Below are positions 13,606 to 26,985 of a stretch of 64,000 nt of DNA, piece by piece. The translations under genes were made by a program, and so were the position numbers. Under the pieces are notes generated by a model, which made no database searches, was not told where the DNA came from, and was given only the letters and a program-made list of their open reading frames with translations. The number at the start of each line of letters is the position of its first letter. The first letter of the stretch is position 1. Origin of the DNA: the human T2T-CHM13v2.0 reference genome, Homo sapiens; NCBI RefSeq assembly GCF_009914755.1, contig NC_060931.1; one strand, 5' to 3'.

Positions 13606-14097
13606 GGTGTGCCAGAGGGAGTAACTGTGGGATGGAAACAAAATTCGACTCTAGTGGGTGGCCAGGAGAGGTCACGTGCTGCTTCTCTTGTGTTGTGAAT
13701 GCAGCGGTCAGCCGCAAAACACCAAATGACACCCAGTCACTGGAATTCTTGGATTAAATGCTTTTGATGCACATATATCCTCTCCACACACTGCATAATT
13801 AACTGAATATCCGACAATCGGCAGATCCATACTGTTGAAGCTGGACTAGCCACAACTTATCATTAAAGTATTCAATTACATAATTTATAATGAAAAGCCA
13901 CAATCAACGCTAAGCAATACCAATGGTCACAATTCATCAGGGTCCTTCCCAAAACTGTGGGACTCTCAGCAGAGTCCACATGCACGGGACGGGGGCAACA
14001 CAGCCAAGCCCCATGGGGCAATCCAGCTTCTCTGCAGACACTGCTGGCTTTTAGTTTGTGCCAAATTTTAATAAACGTTAATAACTCACTTGATAGG

Positions 14098-14433
14098 TGT
14101 CTCAGCCCATGCAGGCTGCTATAAGAAAATACCATAGCTTGGGTAATTGATAAACAACAGAGGTTTCTTTCTCACAGTTCTGGAGATACCCACAGATTCG
14201 ATGTCGGTGAGCGCCCACTTTTTGGTTGGGCCTTCCCCTGTCATCTCACAGCAGAAGGGGTGAAGAAGCATCCTGAGGCCTCTTTCAGAAGCGCATTAGC
14301 CCATCCGTGAGGCTCTTCCTCAGGGCCTCAGCGCCTTGCAAAGGCCCCTAACACCATGGCCTTGGGTGAGGATTTCCATGTAGGAACTGGAGGCGTGGGG
14401 GTAGGCGGACACAAACCTTCAGTCGCTATGGCA
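14098..14433 (-). mobile_element. MaLR solo LTR (MLT1A/MSTD-like)
   Basis: TGTCTCAG...GGCTGCTATAAGAAAATACCATAG...TTTCTCACAGTTCTGGAG...TTCAGTCGCTATGGCA resembles the reverse complement of the MLT1A-type consensus. Confidence 0.8.
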
Positions 14434-15864
14434 ATTGTGACTAATAAGTAATTTGTAATTATATACAAAAATGAATTCGTTTGACATTCTTTTAGGGTTA
14501 AAAGCTGCACCGTCAAAAGACGGTCAGGTTGTTCCCTCCTCATTTAAGCCAATTTTAAAACGATTTTTCCTCCTACAACGTGAAAATGACCACAGGGTGC
14601 CATCAGGTGACTATGCACACTTCGTGCTGAGCTGGCAGAGGAGGGTCTAGAGTGAAGCCCATCTCAAGCCAAGTGGAACTGGTCCAAATGGAAAAACAGC
14701 CCCCCGGGACGTCTTGTCTTCGGAGAGCCGCGTCTCCGGGGCCCGGGCAGGCCCTGTGGTCTCCCTGCCTGGGCTGTACTTGCTCAGCCTTTTGCAACTG
14801 CCCGGTACCAACGGTCAAGGATGAGAATTGCAGCAGAGCTTTAAAGACTTGGGTCCCAACGTCACTGTCTATTGACTGAGTTTTTCAAGTGGTTTGAGTC
14901 AGAAGTAGGGATATACCTTCAATTAGAGTCCTGAATTTTAGGCATTACTTACCAAAAACACTGAGCAGGTTTGCCCAGAAAATACAGTCTGCATGGAACT
15001 TCCACATCCCCTCACTCTCTACCAGAACGGCAGCCCACCTCAAAGACACCGCACGCGGCCCACCTGCCTTGCACCCCAGACACCAGGGTTGAAAGCCTGA
15101 GTCCAGGCAGGAGCCAACCTCACAGAGTCAAATCTCGGAGCACCAGGTGAGGGGAGGTCTCAGCGCCACTGCCGGGATAAGCCCTCAGGATGGAGACAGT
15201 CGCGTCTGCCAGATCCCTTTCACCAGACTGCAGAGTGAGGTGAAACCAGGGCCTCATAGGTGTGAGGGCCATCGGGGAGGTGCCGCCGGCAGAAGGAGAG
15301 GTGGGAAGGCTGAGTGGATGGAAGGATCAGGAATGACCAGGAGGAAGCTACAGTCAATAGCTGATGGGGCTTGGCTGTGTTGCCCCCCAGCCCGGTGCAT
15401 GCAGACTCTGCTGACAGTCCCACGGTTTGGGACTCTCGTTTCACTCATTCATCATTTATTGAGCATCAGGGAATATGAAAGTGGCCATGGACCTCCAAAC
15501 AGCTCAGAATGTAAAGGGGAAGAGCTCTGTGCTGTAGCTGCAACTCCAGCCACAAGGAAGACAAGACCCAGGGCTGTGGGACGAAGGGGAGAGAGGACTC
15601 AGCCCCCCAGCTGCAGGATTCGAGTGCCCTTCGGGAGTGAGCTCGCAGGGGAGGAACCCTCCTAGGACAGGGCACGTGGAGCTCCAGGCAGCCTCTCCAG
15701 GGCCCTGCGTGTGCTGTTTCTCTGTCTTGAAAATGACACCGAACGTTTATGGCCAGTGAGCACCCACCACAAGCCCACACTGTGAGCTCCTTGCCTGCCG
15801 GGGAGGCCAGGAGATGCAGAACCAAGGGCAGAAGCACTGCCTGCAGCCCTGTCCCAGCGTCGTG

Positions 15865-16950
15865 GATGCAGACACGGGAGGAGCCGCAGACGCAGGAGGA
15901 GCCGCAGACAGACGCGGGAGGAGCCGCAGACGCAGGGGGAGCCACAGGCACAAGGGGAGCCACAGGCACAGGGGGAGCCGCAGACACAGGGGGAGCCGCA
16001 GACAGACATGGGAGGAGCCGCAGACACGGGGAGCCACAGACACAGGGGGAGCCACAGGCATGGGGGAGCCGCAGACAGACATGGGAGGAGCCGCAGACAC
16101 AGGGAGCCGCAGACACAGGGGGAGCTGCAGACACAGGAGGAGACACACAAGGAGCCGCAGACACAGGGGGAGCCACAGACAGACATGGGAGGAGCCGCAG
16201 ACACGGGGAGCCGCAGACACAGGGGGAGCCGCAGGCATGGGGGAGCCGCAGACACAGGGGGAGCCGCAGACACAGGAGGAGACACACGAGGAGCCGCAGA
16301 CGCAGGAGGAGCCGCAGACAGACGCAGGAGGAGCCGCAGACACAGGGGGAGCCGCAGACACAGGGGGAGCTGCAGACAGACATGGGAGGAGCCGCAGACA
16401 CAGGGAGCCGCAGACACAGGGGGAGCCGCAGACACAGGAGGAGACACACGAGGAGCCGCAGGCACAGGGGGAGCCGCAGACACAGGGGGAGCTGCAGACA
16501 GACATGGGAGGAGCCGCAGACACGGGGAGCCGCAGACACAGGGAGCCGCAGACACAGGGGGAGCCGCAGACACAGGAGGAGACACACGAGGAGCCGCAGA
16601 CACAGGGGGAGCCGCAGACAGACATGGGAGGAGCCACAGACACGGGAGCCGCAGACACGGGGAGCCGCAGACACAGGGGGAGACGCAGACACAGGGGGAG
16701 ACACACAAGGAGCCGCAGGCACAGGGGGAGCCACAGACGCGGGAGGAGCCGCAGACACAGGGGGAGCCGCAGACACAGGGGGAGCCACAGGCACAGGGGG
16801 AGCCGCAGACAGACATGGGAGGAGCCGCAGACACGGGGAGCCGCAGACACAGGAGGAGACACACGAGGAGCCGCAGGCACAGGGGGAGCCGCAGGCACAG
16901 GGGGAGCCGCAGGCACGGGGGAGCCGCAGGCACAGGGGGAGCCACAGACA
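15865..16950. repeat. Composite ~17-22-bp VNTR (GGGGAGCCGCAGACACA variants)
   Basis: Unit variants ...GACACAGGGG, ...GACAGACATGGGA and ...GGAGACACACGA recur in patterned order. Confidence 0.95.
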
Positions 16951-18606
16951 CCCTCACACTCCGGGATCTAGCGTGTGTGGACGAGCCCGAGGCGCTCGGC
17001 CCAGCTTGTCAGCAGCCTTCCTGGGAACGCTGTGGAAATGTGTGGAGGGGCCGCGTGGCTTCCTGCTGCCTGGGACGACATTACTGCATCTGCATTTGAG
17101 GTGTGGGGCCCAGAGGGGCTCAGGTACCCTACGGGGGGAGTCACCCCATGACCAGGAATCACGCTGTGGCCACACACAGGGAGCCTGACTGCAGCTTTCT
17201 GGAGGAGAACGTGGTTGCATTTCACATAGAAACACAGGTCATTTTGTTTCTGAAGAATTCATTCCGAATATTTATTTGCTACTTGACAAAGAAGAGACTT
17301 CATCAGGGATAAGATCTCGACAAAGACCATCTCCTGGCTGCCTTTTATATTCAAATCCACCACAGATCAACTCCTGGGGCGTAGCAGAGTCCTGTCTCCC
17401 CCCAAAATAGGGAGCACTTTCTGATTGTGGAGTTCAAAAAGCTGCCTTCTGAGGGTAAAGGGTGTTCTTACCAGGAAAGAGGAGACAGAACAATGAAGTC
17501 CCCAGGGGCCAGCAGCAGTGCCGAGGAGCCCCGGGGAAGAGCTCAAGCCAGTGGCCAAGCCTGGACCAGCCTCCAGCAGGGACAGCACCGTGGCTGTGGG
17601 GACAGTGGGGACAGCGCCTCGGGGCCACAGAGACGTGCTCCCTGGACGTTGGCCCAGGTGCCTGCCCACTTCCTCGGAGGGCCTCTGAACAAGCTGCAGG
17701 GCTGTCTCCATGGGAAGGCGCGCACCTCCTCACGCCTCTCCAGGGAAGCCACAGCTTCACTGTGCTGGCAGACCCACTCTGTTTTTTCTACATTGCCTAG
17801 AGTTCGGCTATTTTTCTCTTCCCAAAGAGCCTACCCAGCAAATTTTACTGGACAAAGTGCCTGGAACAAAGCAGCCAACAATAAAACTGGCGTGCACCCC
17901 ATGAATAAAGGCGTCGCCCAGAAAATGCTCTAAATTAGGATTTAATTGCTAGAAATTACTTTCAATTACAAAAATTGCAATAAATTACTTGTTGAATAGA
18001 CACATTCTTTCACCACCATTAATAATTTAAAATTGCTAATTGCACGTAATCGCAAGTAATTTTTGTTCTTTGGTGAGAATCGAGGTACTACGTTATGTGG
18101 GGTGGGTTTGCCAGGGCTGGCCCCCACCCTGAGCACCTCCACGTGTGGCAGGCAGAGCCGAACTCCCAGAAGAAGAGTTGCAGTGATGGGGCCTCCACCG
18201 CCAAAGCCACGGACCTGGTGCAGTTCATAAGGTGGCCTCCTCCCTCCATCAGCCCCTCAGGGACAACAGGTGGCCAAGGGGGTGACCTTCCCAAGGAGCT
18301 GGTCCCTCCGCCATCCTGAGAACAGTGAATTTGTATTTGCAGTAAAACCCAGATTCTCCAGAAAACGTCTTGCTGTCAGCATCCCCGCCGCCTTACACGT
18401 GCTATGGCTGCCCTCTGACTCTGCTGCCTGACTTTTATCTGCACAAATCCTACAGTCTCCTGGGAGCCCACCGGTCAGCCAGCTGCCTCCAGGGGTGCGT
18501 CTCCTCTCAGCTTCCTCTTCCATCTGAACCTTCCCTCCCTCCCCAAGTGTTCGTCCCTTGTCCACCTGGAAAGCCTCTCTGCCCTTGAAGCACAGCTCCT
18601 GCCCTG

Positions 18607-18995
18607 GCCCCGGCAGGCTGTAAGGTAGCACCCCCACATCCCGGTCCTGGTAGCACCCCCACACTCTGGCCCCAACAGGCTGTAAGGCAGCACCCCCACA
18701 CCCCGGCCCCGACAGGCTGTAATGTATCACCCCCGCACCCCGGCCCCGACAGGCTGTAAGGCAGCACCCCCACACCCCGGCCCCAACAGGCTGTATCACC
18801 CCCCACACCCCGGCCCCGACAGGCTGTAAGGCAGCACCCCCACACCCCGGCCCCAACAGGCTGTAATGTATCACCCCCACACCCCGGCCCCGACAGGCTG
18901 TAAGGCAGCACCCCCACACCCCGGCCCCGACAGGCTGTAAGGCAGCACCCCCACACCCCGGCCCCGACAGGCTGTAAGGCAGCACCCCCACACCC
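18607..18995. repeat. 37-bp VNTR, ~10 copies
   Basis: Unit CCCCGGCCCCGACAGGCTGTAAGGCAGCACCCCCACA. Confidence 0.92.
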
Positions 18996-20736
18996 TGGCC
19001 CTGGGCAGTCGTGGTGACCGCATGGCCTTGTTGGTAGCTTCCTTCTTTATTAACTTGGCCCATTTATTAACCACCAGCTTCCTGAGGGATGAAACCATGC
19101 TTCCAGCGTTTCCAGGCCCACACAGCACTGTGCCAGGGGCTCCAGGGAAGCTGATGGATGTGGGTGCTATGACACCAGCTGCTGCGGGGCCCTGATGCCA
19201 TGGCTGGGAAGGACGTCGGCCTGGGGACGCTCAGCTGGCAGGATATGCCTCCCCAGGTGTGCGGGCGGCCTCCTCGTAGTGGAGGCAGGGGCGGAGGGTG
19301 CGAGGCATGCCACTGTGAGCTGGGGCCGAGGGGGCCATATGCTCAGGTGCTGTCTATCAGCTCTGGAGGGAGAAGCCAAACTCTCAGGCAGCCCACAGCG
19401 GGGTGAGGACCGGGCTCCGTCCCCTCTAACAGGGTGGGGTGGGGGGCACTGACTGGTCGGACCCTGCAAGATCCCCACGGGCAAGAGTGGCTGATCAGAG
19501 CTCCATGAACAGCCCCTTCGTCAGAAGCCATCCTCTCACACACGTGCACACACACACACACGTGCCCGCACACGCACACACGCGCACATACACGTGCACA
19601 TAAACATGCTCTTCTCACGTCGCAGTGGATTTCTCTTGCACTGTTGCTTTAAGAACTGTCAGAGCGGTGAGATGACGGCAGCCTATGCGAATCGGCCTCC
19701 AGCCTCCTCGGGGTCCTGCCCACTCTGTTCGCCATTCGGTCCCACACCTCAGCCACAACGGGCAGTCAGGGCTTCAGCCACTCCACGGGCACCAATGCTG
19801 AAGACCACAGAGGAATGTGCTCCAGACGGAGGAGGCCGGGCCCAGGCCTGATGGAGACACGGACGTTTGTACCTGAAGCCCTCAAGTCTGCCCTATAAAG
19901 GAGATGAACCCTGAAAACACTGACCCCTGAAATCAGCAAGAGGAGGCGGCTACAGTGCCAGGACCTAACCCGCGCTCTCCCAAGTCTCCTCCTCATCACA
20001 CAGCTCCCGGGGCCTGCCAGAAGCACCCCTTGAAGGCACTGTCAGGGCCTTGCCACACTGCTGCACGAGGTGCACACGCAGGGGCTGGGACGTACAGCTC
20101 TGGCCTTGCCTCCAAATCTGTCTCCAAAACAATGAGCTGGGGAAGAGAAACTCTGTACGGTCCTCCCTACTCCCTTGCCCGGCCGGGGTTGTGGTCAGGC
20201 CACCCTGGGAAAGAGGAGCAGCCCAGGGCAGCTACAGAGGCTCCTCCTCCCACCTGGGGAGAGGAATCCGCCTTCAGGGAGCAGCCCATGCCCTCCCTGG
20301 CTTCTCCTGTCTGGCATCACGGCTGCGGCAGAGTCTAAGAGAAAGGCTCTCAGCCGGGCAGGACCACCAGGCACACAAGGGGGGGATGGGAGTTAGAGGT
20401 GCCAGCCCTGCTCCTGACCTCCCTGACCTCCAGCACATAACAGGGAGGCCAGGTCCTTGCCTGACACACCCAGAGAATCATCAGATCCAAGGCCCGGGGT
20501 GGCCGGGGACCAAGTATGGCTCCTATGAGAAAACAGGCGTCTGCAGGAGGCCTGAGCCTGCCCCACCAGCCTCAGCACGTAACATGTCTAGAACATTCCT
20601 AGAGCCAGAAGGATGTAGGAACTTCCTTCCAGAATACACTTCCCAGTGGACAGGGAAATGGGAATCGAATGCAGGGACCACCCACCACCTGCCAGGGGAC
20701 CTCTGACCCCAGGGAGGAGGAAACAAGGTCAAATCC

Positions 20737-20975
20737 CAAGACCAGCCTGTGCAACATGATGAAACCCCGTCTCTACTAAAATACAAAAAAAAAAAAAAAT
20801 TCAGCTGGACGTGAAGGTGGGCGCCTGTAATCCCAGCTACGCGGGAGGCTGCGGGTGAAGGTGGGCGCCTGTAATCCCAGCTACGTGGGAGGCTGCAGCA
20901 GGAGAATTGCTTGAACCGGTAGCAGTGAGCTGAGATCGCACCATTTGGGCAACAAACTGAAATTCTCTCTCGAAA
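20737..20975 (+). mobile_element. 5'-truncated, rearranged Alu with internal ~44-bp tandem duplication
   Basis: GACCAGCCTG...AAACCCCGTCTCTACTAAAATACAAAA; GTGAAGGTGGGCGCCTGTAATCCCAGCTAC occurs twice. Confidence 0.9.
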
Positions 20976-21037
20976 CCAACAATCAATACAAACCAATAAG
21001 CCCAGAACCCACAACTTCCTGATGTAGATGGACATGT

Positions 21038-22326
21038 TGTGTCCGGAATTGGTGGGTTCTTGGTCTCGCTGACTTCAAGAATGAAGCCGCGGACCCTCGC
21101 GGTGAGTGTTACAGTTTTTAAAGATGGTGTGTCCAGAGTTTGTTCCTTCAGGTGTGTCCGGAGTTTCTTTCTTCCGGTGGGTTCATGGTCTCCCTGACTT
21201 CAGGAGTGAAGCTGCAGACCTTTGCAGTGGGTGTCACGGCTCATAAACACAGCGCGTCCAGAATTGTTCATTCCTCCCAGTGGGTTCGTGGTCTCTATGG
21301 CTTCAAGAGTGAAGCTGAAGACCCTCACAGTGAGTGTTACAGCTCATAAAGGTAGCATATCCGGAGTTGTTCATTCCTTGTGGTGGATTTGTGGTCTCAC
21401 TGGCCTCAGGAGTGAAGCTGCAGACCTTCGAGGTGAGTGTTACAGCTCACAGACGTAGTGAGGACCCAAAGAGTGAGCACCAGCAAAACTTACTGTGAAC
21501 AGCAAAAAAACAAACCCTCCACACTGTGGAATGGGACCCAACCGGTTTGCTGCTGCTGGCTCTGGCAGCCTGCTTTTATCCCCATATCTGGCCGCACCTA
21601 CATCCTGCTGATTGGTCCATTTTACAGAGAGTTGATTGGTCCATTTTACAGAGGCTAACTGGTCCGTTTTGACAGAGTGCTGGTTGGTGCATTTACAAAC
21701 CTTTAGCTAGACACAGAGTGCTGATTTGTGCATTTACAATCCTTTAGCTAGACACAGAGCACTGATGGGTGCATTTACAATCCTTTAGCTAGACAGAAAA
21801 CTTCTCCAAGTCCCCACCCTCCCAGCAGCCCAGCCAGCTTCACCTCTCACTGGTACTCGCTGCAGGACTTTGTGGCCCCTAGCCCGGGCACTCCAGGCAG
21901 CCCAATGGGAGCTCGTCCCAGACAACCAAGAGAAAAAGAGGGGAAGCGAGAAAGAGACAGAGACCCACCATCGTGGCCAACGACCCAGGGAAGAGGGAAT
22001 GGCAGTCCTCTCACGGGATCCAGCCTCCAATCAAGCCCAGCAGGTGCCGGCCAGTCCCACGGAGTGCCAGGCCCGCTAAGCCCGTGCCCACCCGGAACCT
22101 GTGCCGGCCCACAAGCCCCGTGTGCAGCCCCGGCTCCCATCCGCGCTTCTCCCTCCACACCTCCCCGCAAGCAGAGGGAGCCGGCTCCGGCCTCAGCAAG
22201 CCCCAGAGAGGGGCCCCCGCAGTGCAGCGGCGGGCTGAGGGGCTCCTCGAGCCCGGCCAGAGCAGACACCGAGGCAGAGAAGGCGCCCAGAGTGAGCGAG
22301 GGCTGCTAGCACGTTATCACCTCTCA
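21038..22326 (-). mobile_element. Solo LTR12 (ERV9; LTR12C/D-like), same orientation as PTPRN2
   Basis: Minus strand begins TGAGAGGTGATAACGTGCTAGCAGCCCTCGCTC and ends ...CCAATTCCGGACACA. 4-bp TSD ATGT at 21034-21037 and 22327-22330. Tandem CCAAT-type repeats 21605-21790. Confidence 0.95.
21545..21790 (-). promoter_or_regulatory. LTR12 U3 promoter: NF-Y CCAAT boxes plus TATA-like element
   Basis: Intact ATTGG at 21611-21615 and 21635-21639, four further degenerate copies; GATAAAA (-) at ~21574-21580. Confidence 0.6.
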
Positions 22327-23437
22327 ATGTGGACTTGACCCCACAGTGTGCCAGGTAAAATAAAGGTCTCCTTAGTTCCGTGAAGACAGTCGAGGTCTGT
22401 GCACTTAATCCAGAGCCCCGGACGGCCCCCACGCCCCACCGCTGCCCCCGAACCCACAGAGCCCCGCGGCGGCCCCCACGCCCCACCGCTGCCCCCAAAC
22501 TGCACCAAGACACAGCAGTTTGCTCTCAAGCAGTTTAAACTCGTCTAATGCTTTAACTGGCCTGTCAAATCATTGTTCCACAGACCGCATAATATGAATT
22601 GTGTCCCTTCCATATCTGGAACACCAAATCCTAAATCCACAGCCTTCAAGCACATCTGGTTTTCCCGGGCCCAATCGGAAAGCAGGTCCTCTCCGGCCTG
22701 AAGCTGCGAAGAGAGGCAGCAGCCATGAGAAGGTGGCTAACCCCGTCGGGGGCCATGGCTGCCTAGGGGAGGCCGGCAGAGCCTGCCTGGGGGTCGGTAA
22801 GGACGCTGGCTTTGGTCTGACACCGGCAGGGAGGGACAGCGACGAGGGCAGGAGCCGCGGCTCTACCTGGGAACGCAGGATCATCTCTACTCTGACGGCT
22901 CAGCCTCTGCACACAAACCATCCTTCTGCGTTTAATTGGTCCTCTCCAGGGGATGTTTTTTGAAACTAGGTCTTTGAAGACCTTTCATAGCAGCCCTGAG
23001 ATACCGGGTGGAGAGGGCAGATGGAGAGAGAACCAGGAGATGAAAGGAGGAGCCGAGAGAGCCTGGGGGAGCCGGACGGGTGCGGCCCGACACTGCGTAG
23101 AGACGCGGCCGTGGAGTTTCTCCACCGTCATAAAAACCCCTTTTTTGCTGAGGAACGTGTTATCAATTTTAAAATTTTCCCAAATGTTGAACAATGGAAG
23201 TGTTGTTTGCAGAGAGAGCTCAACTGTCTAAAGTAGAGAAATAGAAGGTCTCCCGAGACTGAAATGACAAAGATGGAAAGCGGGAGGGGAGGCCTCACGG
23301 CAGCTGTGCCCAGAACCAGCACGCTGTGAACAGGCGCCAGGCCCTGCGCCGGCCCACGGCTACACGGTGCTCTGGAAACATAGGCTAGCGAGAGTCTAAA
23401 GAGGTGGTGCAGGCTCAAAGCCATGTGCTCGTCATCA

Positions 23438-23920
<483 letters not shown>

Positions 23921-25034
23921 TTACAGTATAAGAGACATTGTCATATGCCCACAGTCTGCTATGAAGACACAGATCCAGACTGGCTAAGAGCACAGAGGTG
24001 CGTGGAAATGCTCGGGTGTGTGGTGTGCGTGGTGCCCTGCGCATTTGTGCTGGCTTTGCACCCCCCTCCTGCCACGTCCCGTGCAAACGCTCAGGTGTGT
24101 GGCATGCCTGGGGCCCTTTGCATTGGTGCTGGCTTTGCACCCACCTCCTGCCACGCCCCAAACCCCAAGGAGTCCAGGAGCCAGGAGAGCCCAAAATCCC
24201 CATCCATGCTCCTAGAAAGGAAGTTTCTTGACAAAGGTCTGAGTCAACCATGGGTAAAGCCAGAATAAACCCTGCTAGTTCTTTTGAGGTGTGAACAGTC
24301 TCAGCTACTCTGAGCCCCGCATAACTCACTTTGGTCACCAGAGGAGCAGGATTTACAGGGTCAAAAGCCATTTCTCCTTCCAGAGGCTCCCAGCTCAAAG
24401 CCCAGCCATCGTCTCCCAGACATTTTGGGTCGCATGGAAATCTGCCTCTTAAGAGACCTGGCCTCCTGTCTAGGGTTAGAGAACACTGTGTTCCCAGAAG
24501 GGACAGTCAGGCCTCAGGATCCTCTCCTGAGAAGCCCTGAACTCAAGTCAAACTGAGCCTGTGTTAACAGGGTCCTTTGCCGCTAAGAACCCAACTGTCT
24601 CAGGAGTGGCTCTGCCTTTTTTTTTTTTTTTCCTTTCTATTTTCAGACAAATCGTCACTCAGCATAGTAAACCCAAGATATAAAAACCAACAATTGAGTA
24701 ACTGGTCTTTTCCGTCTGTCTTGGGAAAGTAGCTTATCAAAAGTAAGATGAAAAAAGAGTATTTTATTGTTAAACTCTATAATGAAGCAACTGTCTTTGA
24801 CTACACAATGTGGGAACTTGCCAGTGAATGTAGAAGTACTGCGGGGCCATGCGTCAGAGGTGTGTGGGTCTAGGAGACGCAGATCAGGAGTCTGGCCTGG
24901 CTCAGATGTCCACAGCCAGGAAGCCGCGGGCAGAGCAGCGGGGTCGAGGCTGCGGCTGAGTTTGTGAGCTGTGGCAGCCATACTTACTCTGCAGGGCATG
25001 TTGAGTCCTGAAGGAGACAGCACTGCTGAAGTGA

Positions 25035-25490
25035 GCACAGCAGCAGGACAGACGGCTGATCCCTCCTTGTGCTCCCACACACAGCAGCGAGACACAAACG
25101 GCTCGTCCCTCCTGGTGCTCCACACACAGCAGCCGGACAGACGGCTGATCCCTCCTCGTGCTCCCACATGCAGCAGCCAGACACAGACGGCTCATCCCTC
25201 CTCGTGCTCCCACACACAGCAGCCGGACAGACAGCTGATCCCTCCTCGTGCTCCCACACACACAGCAGCCGGACACAGATGGCTTGTCCCTCCCTGTGCT
25301 CCCACACACAGCAGCGGGACACAGAGGGCTCATCCCTCCTCATGCTCCCACACAGCAGCGGGATACAGACGGTGGTCCCTCCTCGTGCTCCCACGCAGCA
25401 GCAGGACATAGACGGCTCGTCCCTCCTCATGCTCCCACACGCACAGCAGCCGGACACAGATGGCTGATCCCTCCTCGTGCTCCCACATGC
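25035..25490. repeat. ~45-bp VNTR, ~10 copies
   Basis: Unit CACACAGCAGCCGGACACAGACGGCTGATCCCTCCTCGTGCTCCC. Confidence 0.92.
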
Positions 25491-26829
25491 AGGGGCCTCA
25501 GCTCTCAGGAGGAAAACACTCTTGAGAGAAGAGAACTGAGGAAAGGTAGCGCTGATGTCAGGGGAAGACGCATTCGACAACACGCATGAAAAAAAACACT
25601 TCTTGTTACGTTCATGCCATGCTTTTGTATTCGCCACAATAAGAAAACCAAGCAAGTACTTCAGTCAGGCGGCAGCCGTCACAGGTAAACAAACTCCTAT
25701 GTGGGAAATGAACCGAGGCTGTGAGCCTCAGGCAGCTCCCCAGACCCCCAAGAGGAGAGGGAGCAGTGACCGAGCAGGCCCCGTCTGCAGTTCACACCGT
25801 CTGCCATCCGTCCCAGAGCCCAGCCTCTTGTAGCCAAGACGGGGCAGGAGACAGAGCAAAACCACTGAGACCACCACTGAGAGGGTAACCAGGCTTCTCA
25901 GTAGAACCAGGGGCTTGCCGCAGGGACGGGAGCTCTGACTGGCCACGTCGTGGAGTCTGCAGCTGCCCATGGTGGAGGGAATGGCATGCAGGTGACAAGG
26001 ACATAGGGACCTTGCTGTGGCCACCCGCCGGGGTCACAGCATGTCCACGGCACCCTGATGGAAGCTTTAATCATCAACGGTGTTGGCCGCCAATGGCATA
26101 ATGACCGGACCTCACCCCACCCGCAGCCCTAGTGGACACGCCCATGCAGGTGATCAGCAGTGCCGTGGCAGCCACAGAGACAGGCCACCACCACTCCTCA
26201 GGCCACTCAAAGCCACCAGCCCCTCCCTAATGGCCTCCTGAGCACCAGAAATGCAGAGGGGTGACAGCATGTCTCAGAACACACTGTGAGCACAGACCTA
26301 GAATCACCACGTCGTTCAGAATCGCCACCTCACAGAGAAGCAAACCCAAAGGCAGCCAGCGTAGGAGCCTTTTCCTCAGGAGGGCTGTGTCCTGCTCCTA
26401 AAACATTTCCAGGGTTCGGGCATCAAGATCAGATCACACGTTAATCAATCACACGTTTAAGAACGCCTGAAAGACATGTTCATAGCTATATTCGATGTCG
26501 TTGGATTTTCCAACATGGACTGATGCTCTTCAATTCTCTCAAGCGCGTTTACACACACACTTGTTTGCCTGTGTGTTTATGTGTCCAATGTGTGTCGTGC
26601 ACAGGTGCAATCCAAGTGTGCACCGGACTCACAAGACTCAGTATTGGCAGCGTCCTACATTTAGAGAGAATCCAGACAAACAGCTGGTGGGCACTGGGCA
26701 CTGTTGTGTGCCAGGAACTCTCCGAGTCAGCCAGGCACTGGGCACTGTTGTGGGCTGGGCACTCTCCAAGTCAGCCGGGCACTGGGCACTGTGTGTGTGC
26801 CAGGCACTCTCCGAGTCAGTGTACATGAA

Positions 26830-26985
26830 TGCACTTGGCCCTCTTGATGCTCTATGAGTAAGTGCTGCTGGGACACACCCATTTCACAGGTACTAAAGCT
26901 GAGACAGAGATCCACTCTGCAAACCCTTGCCCAGTGCCACTCTGGTAATAGGAAGAGTGAGAATTTGAGCTCAGGCAGAGCCACT
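26830..26985 (-). mobile_element. MIR SINE fragment
   Basis: CCCATTTCACAGG..AAAGCTGAGACAGAGA...CTTGCCCAG...GAATTTGAGCTCAGGCAG resembles the MIR core; strand is tentative. Confidence 0.55.

Noticed and set aside
12367-13757. Pro/Gly-rich ORFs resembling collagen or formin FH1
   Set aside because: Translation of a C-rich VNTR: no Gly-X-Y periodicity, frame-shifting units, open on both strands.
19535-19602. Alternating purine-pyrimidine (Z-DNA-prone) tract
   Set aside because: Short, interrupted and common; not distinctive in this repeat-rich region.
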